From: Octopus sinensis | Lineage: Eukaryota | Length of the DNA stretch: 64,000 bases | Assembly (NCBI RefSeq): GCF_006345805.1 | Contig: NC_043004.1 | Coordinates: 103,230,001 to 103,294,000, forward strand | Reading direction: 5' to 3' | Shown here: positions 38,651-50,367 of the stretch, piece by piece | Position numbering within the stretch: position 1 is the first letter of the stretch | Layout of the letters: each line of letters begins with the position of its first letter | The notes under the pieces: model-generated | What the model saw: the letters and a program-made list of their open reading frames with translations, nothing else | The model's database searches: none | What the model was told of the DNA's origin: nothing | Translations under genes and position numbers: made by a program

Positions 38651-39402
38651 CTGATACATTATGGACTGTGAGTAATGAAGAAGACTAACAGATAAAGGAG
38701 ATTCAAATGCAATGTTCTGTAGAGCTTAAATAGAGCTAAGGGGACTGGGTTGTTGAAAACTGAGTATCTTACTTGTAGACACAGTACAACACTGATGCCA
38801 TCTATTCGCAGCAAGATGTGCTGAACAGTTACAAGCTAAGCATCATGGTGAAGGCACATGGCTCAGTGGTTAGAGCATCAGGCTCACAGTCATGAGGTAG
38901 TGAGTTCGATTCCTGGACCGGACTGTGTGTTGTGTTCTTGAGCAAGACACTTTATTTCATGTTACTCCATTTCACTCAGCTGTAGAAATGAGTTGCAACA
39001 TCACTGGTGCCAAGCTGTATCAGCCTTTGCCTTTCCCTTGGGCAACATCAGTAGTGTGGAGAGGGGAGGCCAGTATGCATGGGCGACTGGTGGGTCTTCC
39101 ATAAACAACCTAGCACAGAATTATGACTCGAAGGGTAACTTTCTAGGTGCAATCCCATGATCATTCATGACCAAAAGGGAGTTTTTACCTTATCATCATC
39201 ATTTAGCGTCCGCTTTCCATGCTAGCATGGGTTGGACGGTTCAACTGGGGTCTGCATCAGGCCCAGTCTTATCTGGCAGTGTTTCTATGGCTGGATGCCC
39301 TTCCTAACGCCAACCACTCCGTGAGTGTAGTGGGTGCTTTTTACGTGCCACCCGCACAGGTGCCAGACGGAGCTGGCAAACGGCCACAGACAAAAAATAT
39401 TC

Positions 39403-39436
39403 TGGAGATGCCGGGGATCGAACCCAGGGCCTTTCG
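39403..39436 (-). pseudogene. 3' half of a tRNA (Ala-like) with genomic trailer, fused to a truncated SINE
   Basis: CGAAAGGCCCTGGGTTCGATCCCCGGCATCTCCA followed by GAATATTTTTT. The T-arm and acceptor 3' strand resemble tRNA-Ala; there is no 5' half. Confidence 0.6.
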
Positions 39437-39845
39437 TGGTTATGTAAATAGTACAGTGGTGGTAGTACCTATTTAATGCAGGTTGTAGCGGGATATTGAA
39501 AGCTAAGTGACTTGGTTTTGCTCTTAGTGCAGTACAAGTGTCACCTTCTTACTGCAAGGTATACAAGACTGTTAAGAGTTAAGAATCTTGTCTCAGGCCA
39601 GGATACAAAATGCAGTCTCCCTCGGTTGGATGTTTGATACTCTTGACAAGTCAGTGAACCATGATAGCTTCTGCATGTAAGTGGAAAGTGTTCCATAATT
39701 TCAAGGGCCAAGATAAATGTACCATCACAGCTTGTATTATACAACAATGGCTTACTAGTTATCTTATCACGGTAGCATACTAGTTATCAATGGCACTGCT
39801 TCATAAATCGTTTTGATTGATTACATCTGACATGAATGGGCCTCG

Positions 39846-40630
39846 TGGTGGGTGGGTGGGTGGTTGGGTGGTGGTGGTGGTGTTGGCGACGATGACGGTG
39901 GCAGTGGTGGTGGTGGTGGTGGTGGTGGTGGCGGTGGCGGTGGCGGCGGCGGCGATGACGGTGGCAGTGGTGGTGGTGTTGGTGATGACAACAGTGGAGG
40001 TGGTGGTGGTGGTGGTGGTGGTGATAACAACAGTGGAGGTGGTGGTGGTGGTGGTGGTGTTGGTGATAACAACAGTGGAGGTGGTGGTGGTGGTGGTGGT
40101 GGTGGTGGTGATAACAACAGCGGAGGTGGTGGTGGTGGTGGTGGTGGTGGTGGTGTGTTGGTGATGACAACAGTGGAGGTGGTGGTGGTGGTGGTGGTGG
40201 TGGCGGCAGTGGTGGCAGTGGTGGTGGTGTTGGTGATGACAACAGTAGATGTGGTGGTGGTGGTGGTAGTATCGGGGATGGCGACGGCGGCGGCGGCGGG
40301 GGTGGTGATGATCGCGGCGGAGGGTAGTGGTGGGTGATAGTGGCAGTGGCAGTGGTGGGTGACAGTGGCGGTGGAAGTGGTGGCAGTGGTGATGTAATGG
40401 TGGTATGGTGTGGGGGGGCGGAGGCAGAGAGATTGTGCTGATGTGAGTGGCGGGTGGCAATGGTTTACGTGTGAATGGTGAGGTACCAGTGATAATAATG
40501 GCAGTGATTGTGATAATAGCGGTTGTAGTATTGATAGTGGTGGTGGTGGTGGTGATGGGGGGTACAACGGGGGGGGTAGTGGAGGTGGTAGAGGGGGGAG
40601 TAACAGTGGTGGTGGTGGTGGTGGTGATGG
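39846..40630. repeat. (GGT)n-derived array with a higher-order ~39-nt unit (GGTGATAACAACAGTGGA(GGT)n)
   Basis: Read directly; it gives poly-H/T/P/V/G ORFs in all frames. Confidence 0.9.
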
Positions 40631-41268
40631 CAGTGATATCTAGCTCAAAACTACTCTACGTATATAGGTTTTAGGTCAGTGCTACCATTAACCAGGCATT
40701 TCCTGATAACATACATTCACAAACATACACATCGAAGAACACATGCACCCACACACTCACCTCTACGAGCACAAATGTGCATGATGTGTGTGTATGTATG
40801 TATACATACATATATACATACATACATACAGGCATATACACATATGTACATATATGGCTGCTCTCACAAACACATACACACACACATACATACATACATA
40901 CATACATCACATGATCAGATGTTGTTACACATCGCTGGTCACAATGCGCTTCTTGCATTGTTTTAGCCTTCAAATGGTGCCACCCCGTTGGCTAGACTAG
41001 CAGACCAACATTCGCCCCTGATTGAAAGGAGAACTGGACCAACATGAAATGAAGTGTTTTGCTGAAGAATACAATGCACGACCCAGTCAAGGAATCGAAC
41101 CCGTGATCTAGTGATTGTGAGTGCAACAGCCAAACCACTAGGTCATGCACCTTCATAATATACATACATACAAACATACGTACATACATACATACTACAT
41201 ACATACATACATACATACATACATACATACATACATGCGTACACACATACATACATACATACATGTGT

Positions 41269-41304
<36 letters not shown>

Positions 41305-41476
41305 GTAATTAAGGGTTTAGCAACGAATTGCCTCACCAACACACCGAAATTCGTTGCTAAACCCTTAATTACTTAGTATTACTTAAATTTTCCTCGAATG
41401 GGGCTTTTACATGCCGAAATCTACTTGGTGTAATTGATAATTATTCCAAATTAATTAATTTCACCCTTTATTGTTA

Positions 41477-41566
<90 letters not shown>

Positions 41567-41670
41567 TATAAAGTTAATCCAAACAAGAAAACACAAAAAA
41601 AAACAACAACGCGAGGACGTGGAACAAATAAAGTATTATTGGATGCTCAGGAAAGAAGGGAAGAAGGAGG

Positions 41671-41705
41671 GTTCAACGTTTCGAGCGGAGCTCTTCGTCG
41701 GAAAC
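41671..41705 (-). ncRNA. Minimal hammerhead ribozyme motif with a CCGACGA core variant
   Basis: GTTT-CCGACGA-A-GAGC-TCC-GCTC-GAAAC-GTT-GAAC. Confidence 0.55.
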
Positions 41706-41758
41706 ATAGGAGAAGGAAAGATCCCGAGAAGGGAAGACAGAGGTACTCACGAGGTCAC

Positions 41759-41816
<58 letters not shown>

Positions 41817-42166
41817 TTATATATATAAACATATATATGTATATATATGTACATATCATCATCATCATCATCATCGTTTAACGTCCGTTTTCCATGCTAA
41901 CATGGGTTGGACGGTTCGACAGGGGTCTGGGAAGCCAGGAGGCTGCACTAGGCACCAGTCCGATCTGGTAGTGTTTCTACAGCTTGATGCCCTTCCTAAC
42001 GCCAACCACTCCGTGAGTGTAGTGGGTGCTTTTTACGTGCCGCCGGCACAGGTGCCAGGCGAGGCTGTCAACGGCCAAGACAAAACAATGTACATGATAA
42101 CACTTCCAATCAGTTAAGATCAGACGCCACGAGAGCCACTGCCTGGTACTGCATCAGGGCATTTAC

Positions 42167-42229
<63 letters not shown>

Positions 42230-42231
<2 letters not shown>

Positions 42232-43995
42232 GTTTGACTTTTGCTTTACATTTGCACAAGCTGGCTCCAAGTTTCACCCAGAGGCCTCAAGAGACAACAA
42301 GTTGGAAGTTCATGCTGGTGTTATGCCTAGGGTGCCATATATTTGGTTTTGTACTTAGTGTTGTACTGGTGAATGTCTAAAAAACCATACGAAAATTATG
42401 TTTGTTTTAAAACTTGAAATTACATAGAAAGTATTTTGCGTAGGATATGAACAGTTCCCATGAGCACTATTTTTTTTAATTTCTGCCATTTTTGGGTTTC
42501 CTGGTATCTGAGCTAGGTAGCAATCATCCCCTTTTGCTATCATTCCCAGGGCACCTATGACAACAGGTATTGTTTTAGTCTTCAGGTTCCACATTTTGCT
42601 GATTTCTATTTGCTCAGTTTTTGGTAGGTCTTGACAGATACGTTTATATCGATTGGGACAGTCATATCAATGAGGAGGCATGTTCTTTGTCTGAAGTCTT
42701 TCAATATGATGTTTGGCCTATTTGCATCTATCTTTCGGTCAGTTTGAATGGTGAAGTTCCAGAGGAGTGAGATGTGGTCATTTTCAAGCACTGGAGGTGG
42801 TTTGTGCTCCCACCAGTTTTTTTCATGGGGCAAGTTCAGGCTTTTGTAAATTACCCAGTGAATATATTGTGCAGCTCTATCATGCCTGTTGAGATACTCT
42901 GTAGGTGCAAGAAGACTGCACTTGGAGACAACATGATCGATGGTTTCATTTTATTGTTGACATACACGACATGTTGGGCTACTGCCGTTCTTTAATATGT
43001 TGGCCTGGTAGTTCCTTGTAGGTAGGCATTGATCTTGAGCTGCTATGATAAACCCTTCTGTTTCAGATTTTATGCCAGAGGCCATTAGCCATTGATGGGT
43101 CAGGGCTTTGTCAACATCTGCATTATTCGCTCTCTTTAGGTATTTGCCATAGAGAGGTTTTTCTTGCCATTTATCATTCAGAATATCTAAGGCAGCAGTT
43201 TTAGCACGGGTTTTCATGCGCTTAGCTTTTTCTGTGCTTGTTTCTTGTATGTCTAATTCCGAAATTTGTGGTATTCAGAATTCACTTAGATATTCTTTTG
43301 CCTGTTTTGTTACTGAGTATGATGCTTTCTTGTTTTTATGTTTTGAGACAAGTTTTAACATCCAGTTTTTCAGGTAGGTGTCTAAGCCAATTGTAGCAAC
43401 CTTCATTGTTATTGCCAGTTGTAAAAGCCCACGGCTTCCCTCTTTTCTTGGCAGATAAAGTTGTTCTATATCTGCTTTAGAGTGGTGCATTCTATGCATT
43501 GTCAACAGTTTTCGTATTTTTCTGTCAAGATTACATATTTCAGTAATTGACCAGTTAACGATATGGAAACTATGTCACGACTGGTATGGCTAATGCATTG
43601 ATCGCTTCGATCCTGTTTCTCGCATTCAACTCTGTCTTGAGTATTGCTCTTACTCTGTGATAACATTCTCTCCTGATCCTTTCCTTCATCACTGAATGCC
43701 TTATTCCGCCCCCTTCAATTACCCCTAGGTACCTGTAGCTCTCCGCTGGGCCTAACTCTTTTATGACATGCTGCTTGTCAAAGTTAACGTTAGATGTTTC
43801 TGTCCTTGTTCCTTTGATAAAGGTAGCTTTTGCACACTTATCGAGGCCAAATTGCATTCTGATGTCATCACTGAATTGTTTAACAATCGTTAGTAAGCCC
43901 TTGAGTTGTTGGTCATTTTTTGCAAAGAGCTTTGATTCATCATGTAAATGAGATGATTTATATTTTTATCAAACATTTTATATCCGTACTGCGCG
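42230..43995 (-). mobile_element. R4/Dong-like non-LTR retrotransposon (RT, CCHC and RLE endonuclease), 5'-truncated and decayed
   Basis: FPGDSLSPLLFCLAL, MQFGLDKCAK, SETEGFIIAAQDQCLPTRNY, CRVC, WNFTIQTDRKIDANRPNII and KTIPVVIGALG; flanked by (TTA)n. Confidence 0.85.
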
Positions 43996-44125
43996 TCATT
44001 GAGCAATTTTGAGAGAGGTATTAAGGCTAAACAAAAGAGGAGTGGTGATAGTGAGTCACCTGGAAAATGCCACATGAAATTTTTACATCACCAGATATTG
44101 TCACTGTTCAATTATTATTATTATA

Positions 44126-44182
<57 letters not shown>

Positions 44183-44184
44183 TA

Positions 44185-44800
<616 letters not shown>

Positions 44801-44883
44801 ATTATTATTGTATCACAGATCGATACAGGCAAGACGATTTCCCCTCAGACCGGGGAATTGCGTGCATAACAAAACACAATAAA

Positions 44884-45271
44884 GGGTGTTAATTTAGCGT
44901 GCGGTCTACCGCGGTATCCTGTCTACGCTGTGAAATTATTTTTTAACGTGCGGTCTACCTTTTCTTACTCTTTTACACACCTGAGCGTGCGATCTACTTG
45001 CATCAGAAGAACTTTATACTACAGGATAATAAAAGCAAATTGAATAACGTTGAATAATGATTTATTAATAACTTGCACTTAAATCTTAATCAACGATACA
45101 CACATCGTATATCATTTAGGAATGCCACAAACAAATCTTACGTCTATAGAAATCCCTTAACAGCATTGTAATGGTTAAAATTAAGAGGGTAAGAAAAGGT
45201 AGACCGGACGCTAAAAGTAATTTCACAGCGTAGACAGGATACTGTGATAGACCGGACGCTAAGTAGCACCC
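44884..45271. mobile_element. MITE with about 90-bp imperfect TIRs beginning GGGTG
   Basis: The left arm gggtgttaatttagcgtgcggtctacc..tatcctgtctacgctgtgaaatta.. is the reverse complement of the right arm. The flanks are aataaa / aacaaa. Confidence 0.75.
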
Positions 45272-46625
45272 AACAAAGTGCATAATATATTATCTAATTA
45301 TCTTTATATATATAATACATGTATATATAATATATATAATACATTGTTTGTTCCTTCTCAAGCCACGCCTGGCTCATAAGGGCTGGTTTCCCGGTTTCCT
45401 TGGCGTATAGGTTCCTCACCTGGACGGGACGCCGGTCCGTCGCAGGTGAGCTGCAAGATGCAGGAGGAAAGAGTGAGAGGAAGTTGTGGCGAAAGAGTCA
45501 GCAGAAGTTCGCCATTACCTTCTGCCGGAGACGCGTGGAGCTTAAGTGTTTCGCTCATAAACACGCACATCACCCGGTCTGAGACTCGAACCCACGCTCC
45601 CTCGACCGCCAGTCTGCTGCTCTAACCACTAGGCCATATGCCCCCACATATATAATACATATGTAATGCAAAATCAGCCACATCACTGCGATAGTCAATA
45701 AAATGGAATTAAAGTTTTAAATTTTATTCTTGGGTCTGTTGGGTTAAAGAGCTGGCACTCTGCCAGTTACAATGAAGGGGGTTCCAGTTGATCCGACTAA
45801 CTGCAACAGCCTGCTCATGAAATTAACGTGCAAATGGCCAAGCACTCCACAGACACACGTACCCTTAATGTAGTGCTCAGAATGATTCAGCGTGACACAG
45901 AACGTGACAAGGCAATTCCTTTGAATTTCAGATACAACTCATTTTTGCCTGCTGAGTGGACTGGAGCAACGGAAAATAAAGTGCCTTGCTCAAGGACACA
46001 ACGCGCCGCCGGGGTTCGAACTCACGACTTAACGACCGTGAGCCGAATAATCTAACCACTAAGCTACGCGTCCAAAGGGCCAAAGAACACCAATAACGAA
46101 AATGTGCTAAATAAATAAATGTTTTTGTCTTTAAAATAACCAAGAATATTAGATACTGGGAAGAATGCTTAATATTTGTTTTTTCATTGTTCCACAGGAA
46201 TTACTGGTATAGATTAAAAGGGCTAATGTTCAGTCTTGAATTATTGTACGTTAGTAGGTGAATCTAAAGCATAAGTAGAAAGATAAGATATGAAAATGGG
46301 AAGAGAATGTGTCTGTGTATGTGTGGCGTATGAATGAATGTGAGTGTGCGCGTGGATGGGACTGTCTGACTGTCTATGTCTGTGTATGTGTGAGTGTGTA
46401 GTGATAGATTGACAGAGAGAAAGATAAGGACGGAGATAAAGTTCCAGAAAAATGTGAATTGGGACGAGAGAAAAACGATTTGTGGCTATGGTTGGTACGA
46501 AGTCTAAACATAAAGCCAGTGAATCGGTTGAGTACCCACGGATTTTCGGAACTGTAGTTGCCAAACAAGTGATTTGATCTGAGACCGTGTGTTGAAACTA
46601 AAACGATGGATAAAACGCATTAGCA

Positions 46626-46795
46626 GGCCCGTAGCCAGACTTTGGTGTCAGGGGATGCTTCAGAATATTCTGGGTGAGCACCAATTTGTATTGTGGGAAG
46701 ATTCTTGTAAACTGTATTTTCTTAATCTGAGGGCGCACATTGAATAGTGATGGGTAAGTGCCGTCCAGGGCACCCTCTTGCCGATGGGCATGCCT
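46626..46795. mobile_element. Old hAT-like mini-MITE
   Basis: CAGGCCCGTAGCCAG start with a degenerate inverted end (CTTGCCGATGGGCATG). Confidence 0.35.
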
Positions 46796-47399
46796 ATTAT
46801 CCATTCACAAACACACAAAGATTGTTAACTTCACTTGAATATTTATCTTTATTATTTGGTGTCAACATTTTCGCTGCATGAACTTCGACGTGGCGAGCAA
46901 TCATGCTAGTGACCGAGATGCAACTGGTGCGACGGGCATTTTCACATCAAATAATAAATATTTAAATGAATTTAATTGTCTTTTGTTACTTTTAAAAGAC
47001 TAATAAGTATCTTCCACGCTACAAAGGCCATAGAATTTGTAACAAGATGAAGGTCTCAGGAACAGTTGAGGGGTGTCTGTCTTATCTTGTCACATACAAT
47101 TGTCGAAGGGAGAACCAAAATCCGACTGTCTTCAATAGCAATAAATAACACTTTATTTTCCGGGTTTCACAGATAAAAATATATACATGTATATTTCTTA
47201 AGGGCGAACCGGCAGCCAAGTCCACAAGACTGTTCACAAATGTTCACTTGTGTGAGCCAAGAAGAATACTGTCTCCATTCCCGCTTCGAAGAGAGCTTCT
47301 CTATGCGTAGGGTTTTCCCTGAGAGAAGTTTTAGTCACGTGCGCTCGTTAGGGCTGCTCTTCCAAAAAGAAAGATTTAGTGGGAACGCTTTCAGTTTGC

Positions 47400-47490
47400 A
47401 GTTCTCTGCGCATGCGCATGAGGGAACTTCCGGCGGCCTACCGGAAGTAATCCAACTCTGCGCATGCGCGCTGAAACTTCCAAAATAGCG
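47400..47490. promoter_or_regulatory. Housekeeping-type promoter signature: two NRF1-type GCGCATGCGC sites flanking two opposed ETS sites (ACTTCCGG / CCGGAAGT)
   Basis: Read directly: TGCGCATGCGCA ... ACTTCCGGCGGCCTACCGGAAGT ... TGCGCATGCGCG, in CpG-containing, non-repeat-looking sequence. Confidence 0.6.
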
Positions 47491-48035
47491 TAACTACAAA
47501 TTAATCGCAAAAGATATATATTGATGCCAGAGCAGCAAACTGGCTTCCGTGTCGGTGGCACGTAAAAAGCACCATTCGAGCGTGATTGTTACCAGTGTTG
47601 CCTTACTGGCACTTGTGCCGGTGGCACGTGAAAAAACATTCGGGCGAGGTCGTTGCCCGTGCCGCTGAACTGGCTCCTGTGCAGGTGGTATGTAAAAAAA
47701 ATACCATTTGAGCGTGGCCGTTGCCAGTACCGCCTGACTGACCCTTGTGCCGGTAGCAGGTAAAAGCACCCACAACACTCTCGGAGTGGTTGGCGTTAGG
47801 AAGGGCATCCAGCTGTAGAAACTCTGCCAGATCAAGATTGGAGCCTGGTGCAGCCATCTGGCTCGCCAGTCCTCAGTCAAATCGTCCAATCCATGCTAGC
47901 ATGGAAAGTGGACGTTAAACGATGATGATGATGATGATGATGATGATTGATTGATTGATATTGGTTCTAAAGAATTGGTTTGTATAAGCTTACTAAATTG
48001 GCGGAGCTATCTTAGATCCATTTCGAAATTATGTA

Positions 48036-48557
48036 CCGTAAATCCTCGAATATAGTCCGACCTTGAGTATAATACGTAGGGGATTTTTAGGGGGCTGTAC
48101 CTCTGAAAAACCTAAGCCTTGTGTATAATACGCACCCCTTCTCCAACTTGAGTCGTGCGTAATAAAGCCAGCAGCACCTAGTCGAACAAACACTTCCGCG
48201 CATGCGTATTACAATAAGGGTGATGTTCTTAACTGTTATATGGGAATGTAAATATGTTTGCAAATTGTTTTTGTTACATGTTATTCTGTGTTCTGAATAC
48301 TTTTATTTTAATAAATGTTGCTTACTGCAAGTTATGGATGATTCTTTTATGACTTCATTGCTTTCAGGCCTAGCTTAAGGTATTTTTGCGTCCGACATCA
48401 CAAAATGCGTCTGAATAAATATTGCCGGACAGCAAATAGAGACTCGGACATTGCTTAGAAAATATTTTTCATTTTCAACCTCGTATATAGTACGCACTAG
48501 GGATTTTGACCTTTAAATTTTTGGGGGGAAATCCGGATTATACTCGAGGATTTACGG
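48036..48557. mobile_element. 522-bp pogo/Tc2-type MITE, copy 1
   Basis: TA|CCGTAAATCCTCGAATATAGTCCG ... CGGATTATACTCGAGGATTTACGG|TA: TIRs with TA target duplication. Confidence 0.85.
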
Positions 48558-48589
48558 TATGTTAAATAAATTTTTATTCTCGACGAATA

Positions 48590-48925
48590 TTCACTGATTG
48601 CTGGAGGTTTGTAGCCAGTCCCTCTGCAGAGCTTACAGCACACTCGGCATCATAGGAACCAATAAGCGGAAGGCCATCAAGATGGCTGTGGAAGCAGCGT
48701 CAGTTACTCCAAGGGGGTCGTGGAAAGGGGAAATACGAGTCCTGGAAGGGGAAGTGTATCCAGGTATAGTGCTGTCTGGACATAAACTGGGGCCTGATGA
48801 ACCCTGGCTGGTAACCTGGGTGAGAATGTCTTATGTTGAAAGACTCGAAACAGCCAATGACCCCTGGAAACATGACAGATGGTGTACCCAGGTGCATCAC
48901 AGGACGATGTATAGAAAAAAGTCTT
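48590..48925 (+). mobile_element. HERO-like (RLE non-LTR) 3' fragment with 3'UTR
   Basis: QSLCRAYSTLGIIGTNKRKAIKMAVEAA, plus a 3'UTR like that at 25.5-25.7 kb. Confidence 0.6.
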
Positions 48926-49593
48926 TTGTAGAGACAGCGGTTATTTAAAGCATTCATTTCTTTAGCTGAAAATAAATCAGTCTCAATGATATAATCTTAG
49001 TAAAGTGTGAAATTGGAGTTTGTGATGTTTATATTTTATTGAAAGTTATTAATGAAGTAAGTTAACTATTTCTAGTTTTGTAGATACTTTAATTTATGCG
49101 ATTACAACTTCGCTACAGCTCACATCATTATAGAAAATATCAGAGCAACGATTGCAAAATGTGCCATTCTCGTGTGTGAGGAGAGTTTGATCTCTATACT
49201 GTAACATCGCCAAACTACAGGTGAGTTTTTAGCTAGTTCTGTACTCCATCACTGAGCTGAGCTCTACCACAACACTGTTACCAAACTACAGGTGAGTTTC
49301 TACTTAGTTCAGAACCTTATCACAGAATATTGTACTTTTGTTCTTATCCATACGAAGGTTGTTCAATATTTAAAGTAATGAAGATTCTCCATATTTGTGC
49401 AGGGATAATGGTTTCACTATTGTTTTCTAAAGCTATCCATCATTACTACTGGCAAGACACCACTCTAAAGACCTACTAATAAATAAAACCAGGAGACTAC
49501 TACAATTACCACATTACTGTAGGAATCATCATATCTCTCTATAGAACTTTCAGAACCATTTTAACCACCATCACAACAAATATATATTTCTAT

Positions 49594-50333
49594 CAGTGGC
49601 GACTCCAGCACTCGGGCTGTTCGGGCTTAGCCCGAGTATAAATTTAGTGAAGTGAACGGGTATTTGCCAGCTGATTTCACGTATGTAATTTCAGCCAGTA
49701 ACTTGGGCTCCTTTTATTGAGCCTGGTCGCAGCTCACTTATTTTCGTTCAGCGTCTGGCGGTCGTCTTGGAGATGCCCTGTGTCAAAACATATCATTCGT
49801 AGCAGACGTTCTCTCGACATCGTTCACACGCGCCTGACTCGGGCTCAGAAATCACAGCCCGAGTTGTTATCTATTATCGTAAAAATTAAAACTAATTCAA
49901 ATTCAATGTTTTCTTGAAGCATTCCAATCTATGAAAAGCTTCCGTTCTACAAAATTCTTAAAGGAACGAAAAATTATCCAGTAATCCGGGCTGATACGAA
50001 CGAGCCTTGTAGGTGTAAAAAACTAACTGGCATCCCTTGTCAAGAGTACAGGCGACAGTCAGATGGCTGATGTCTGTTGTGCACTCTGCACTCGTTACTT
50101 AATTGCTGCCATTTGGTGCGTCTGTGTGTAAAGATCCGTTATGCTTTGTAGGGTTGCTTTATTTTTACCCTTAACTAAGAAATGGAGAAAGACATAGTGC
50201 TGATATATATAAAAGAAAACCCATTTGGGGCTAGAAATAAAGCGGTAAAACGGGAAATTCTTCGAGCAGGCATGTGTCATATGCGAAATCTGTGATGAGA
50301 CAGAGTGATGCTGATGACCTGGAGTCGCCTTTG
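49594..50333. mobile_element. Non-autonomous hAT-type element, about 740 bp
   Basis: Ends CAGTGGCGACTCCAG / CTGGAGTCGCCTTTG; degenerate 8-bp TSD (atttctat vs atatatat); repeated CTCGGGCT/AGCCCGAG subterminal motifs. Confidence 0.6.
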
Positions 50334-50367
50334 ATATATATACATATATATATGTGTGTGTGTGTGT

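Noticed and set aside
39787-40567. His-rich, Gly-rich, Pro-rich and Thr-rich ORFs of 115-248 aa
   Set aside because: All frames are open only because (GGT)n lacks stops.
46598-46804. 68-aa minus-strand ORF near the orphan promoter
   Set aside because: It coincides with a decayed hAT-like MITE, and I recognise no homology or splice signals.
48789-48864. CTGATGA ... GAAAC with GGGG/CCCC in the HERO-like 3'UTR, resembling a hammerhead
   Set aside because: There is no helix III or NUH triplet, and the sister copy at about 25598 reads TGATCA. It is more likely a different conserved 3'UTR fold.
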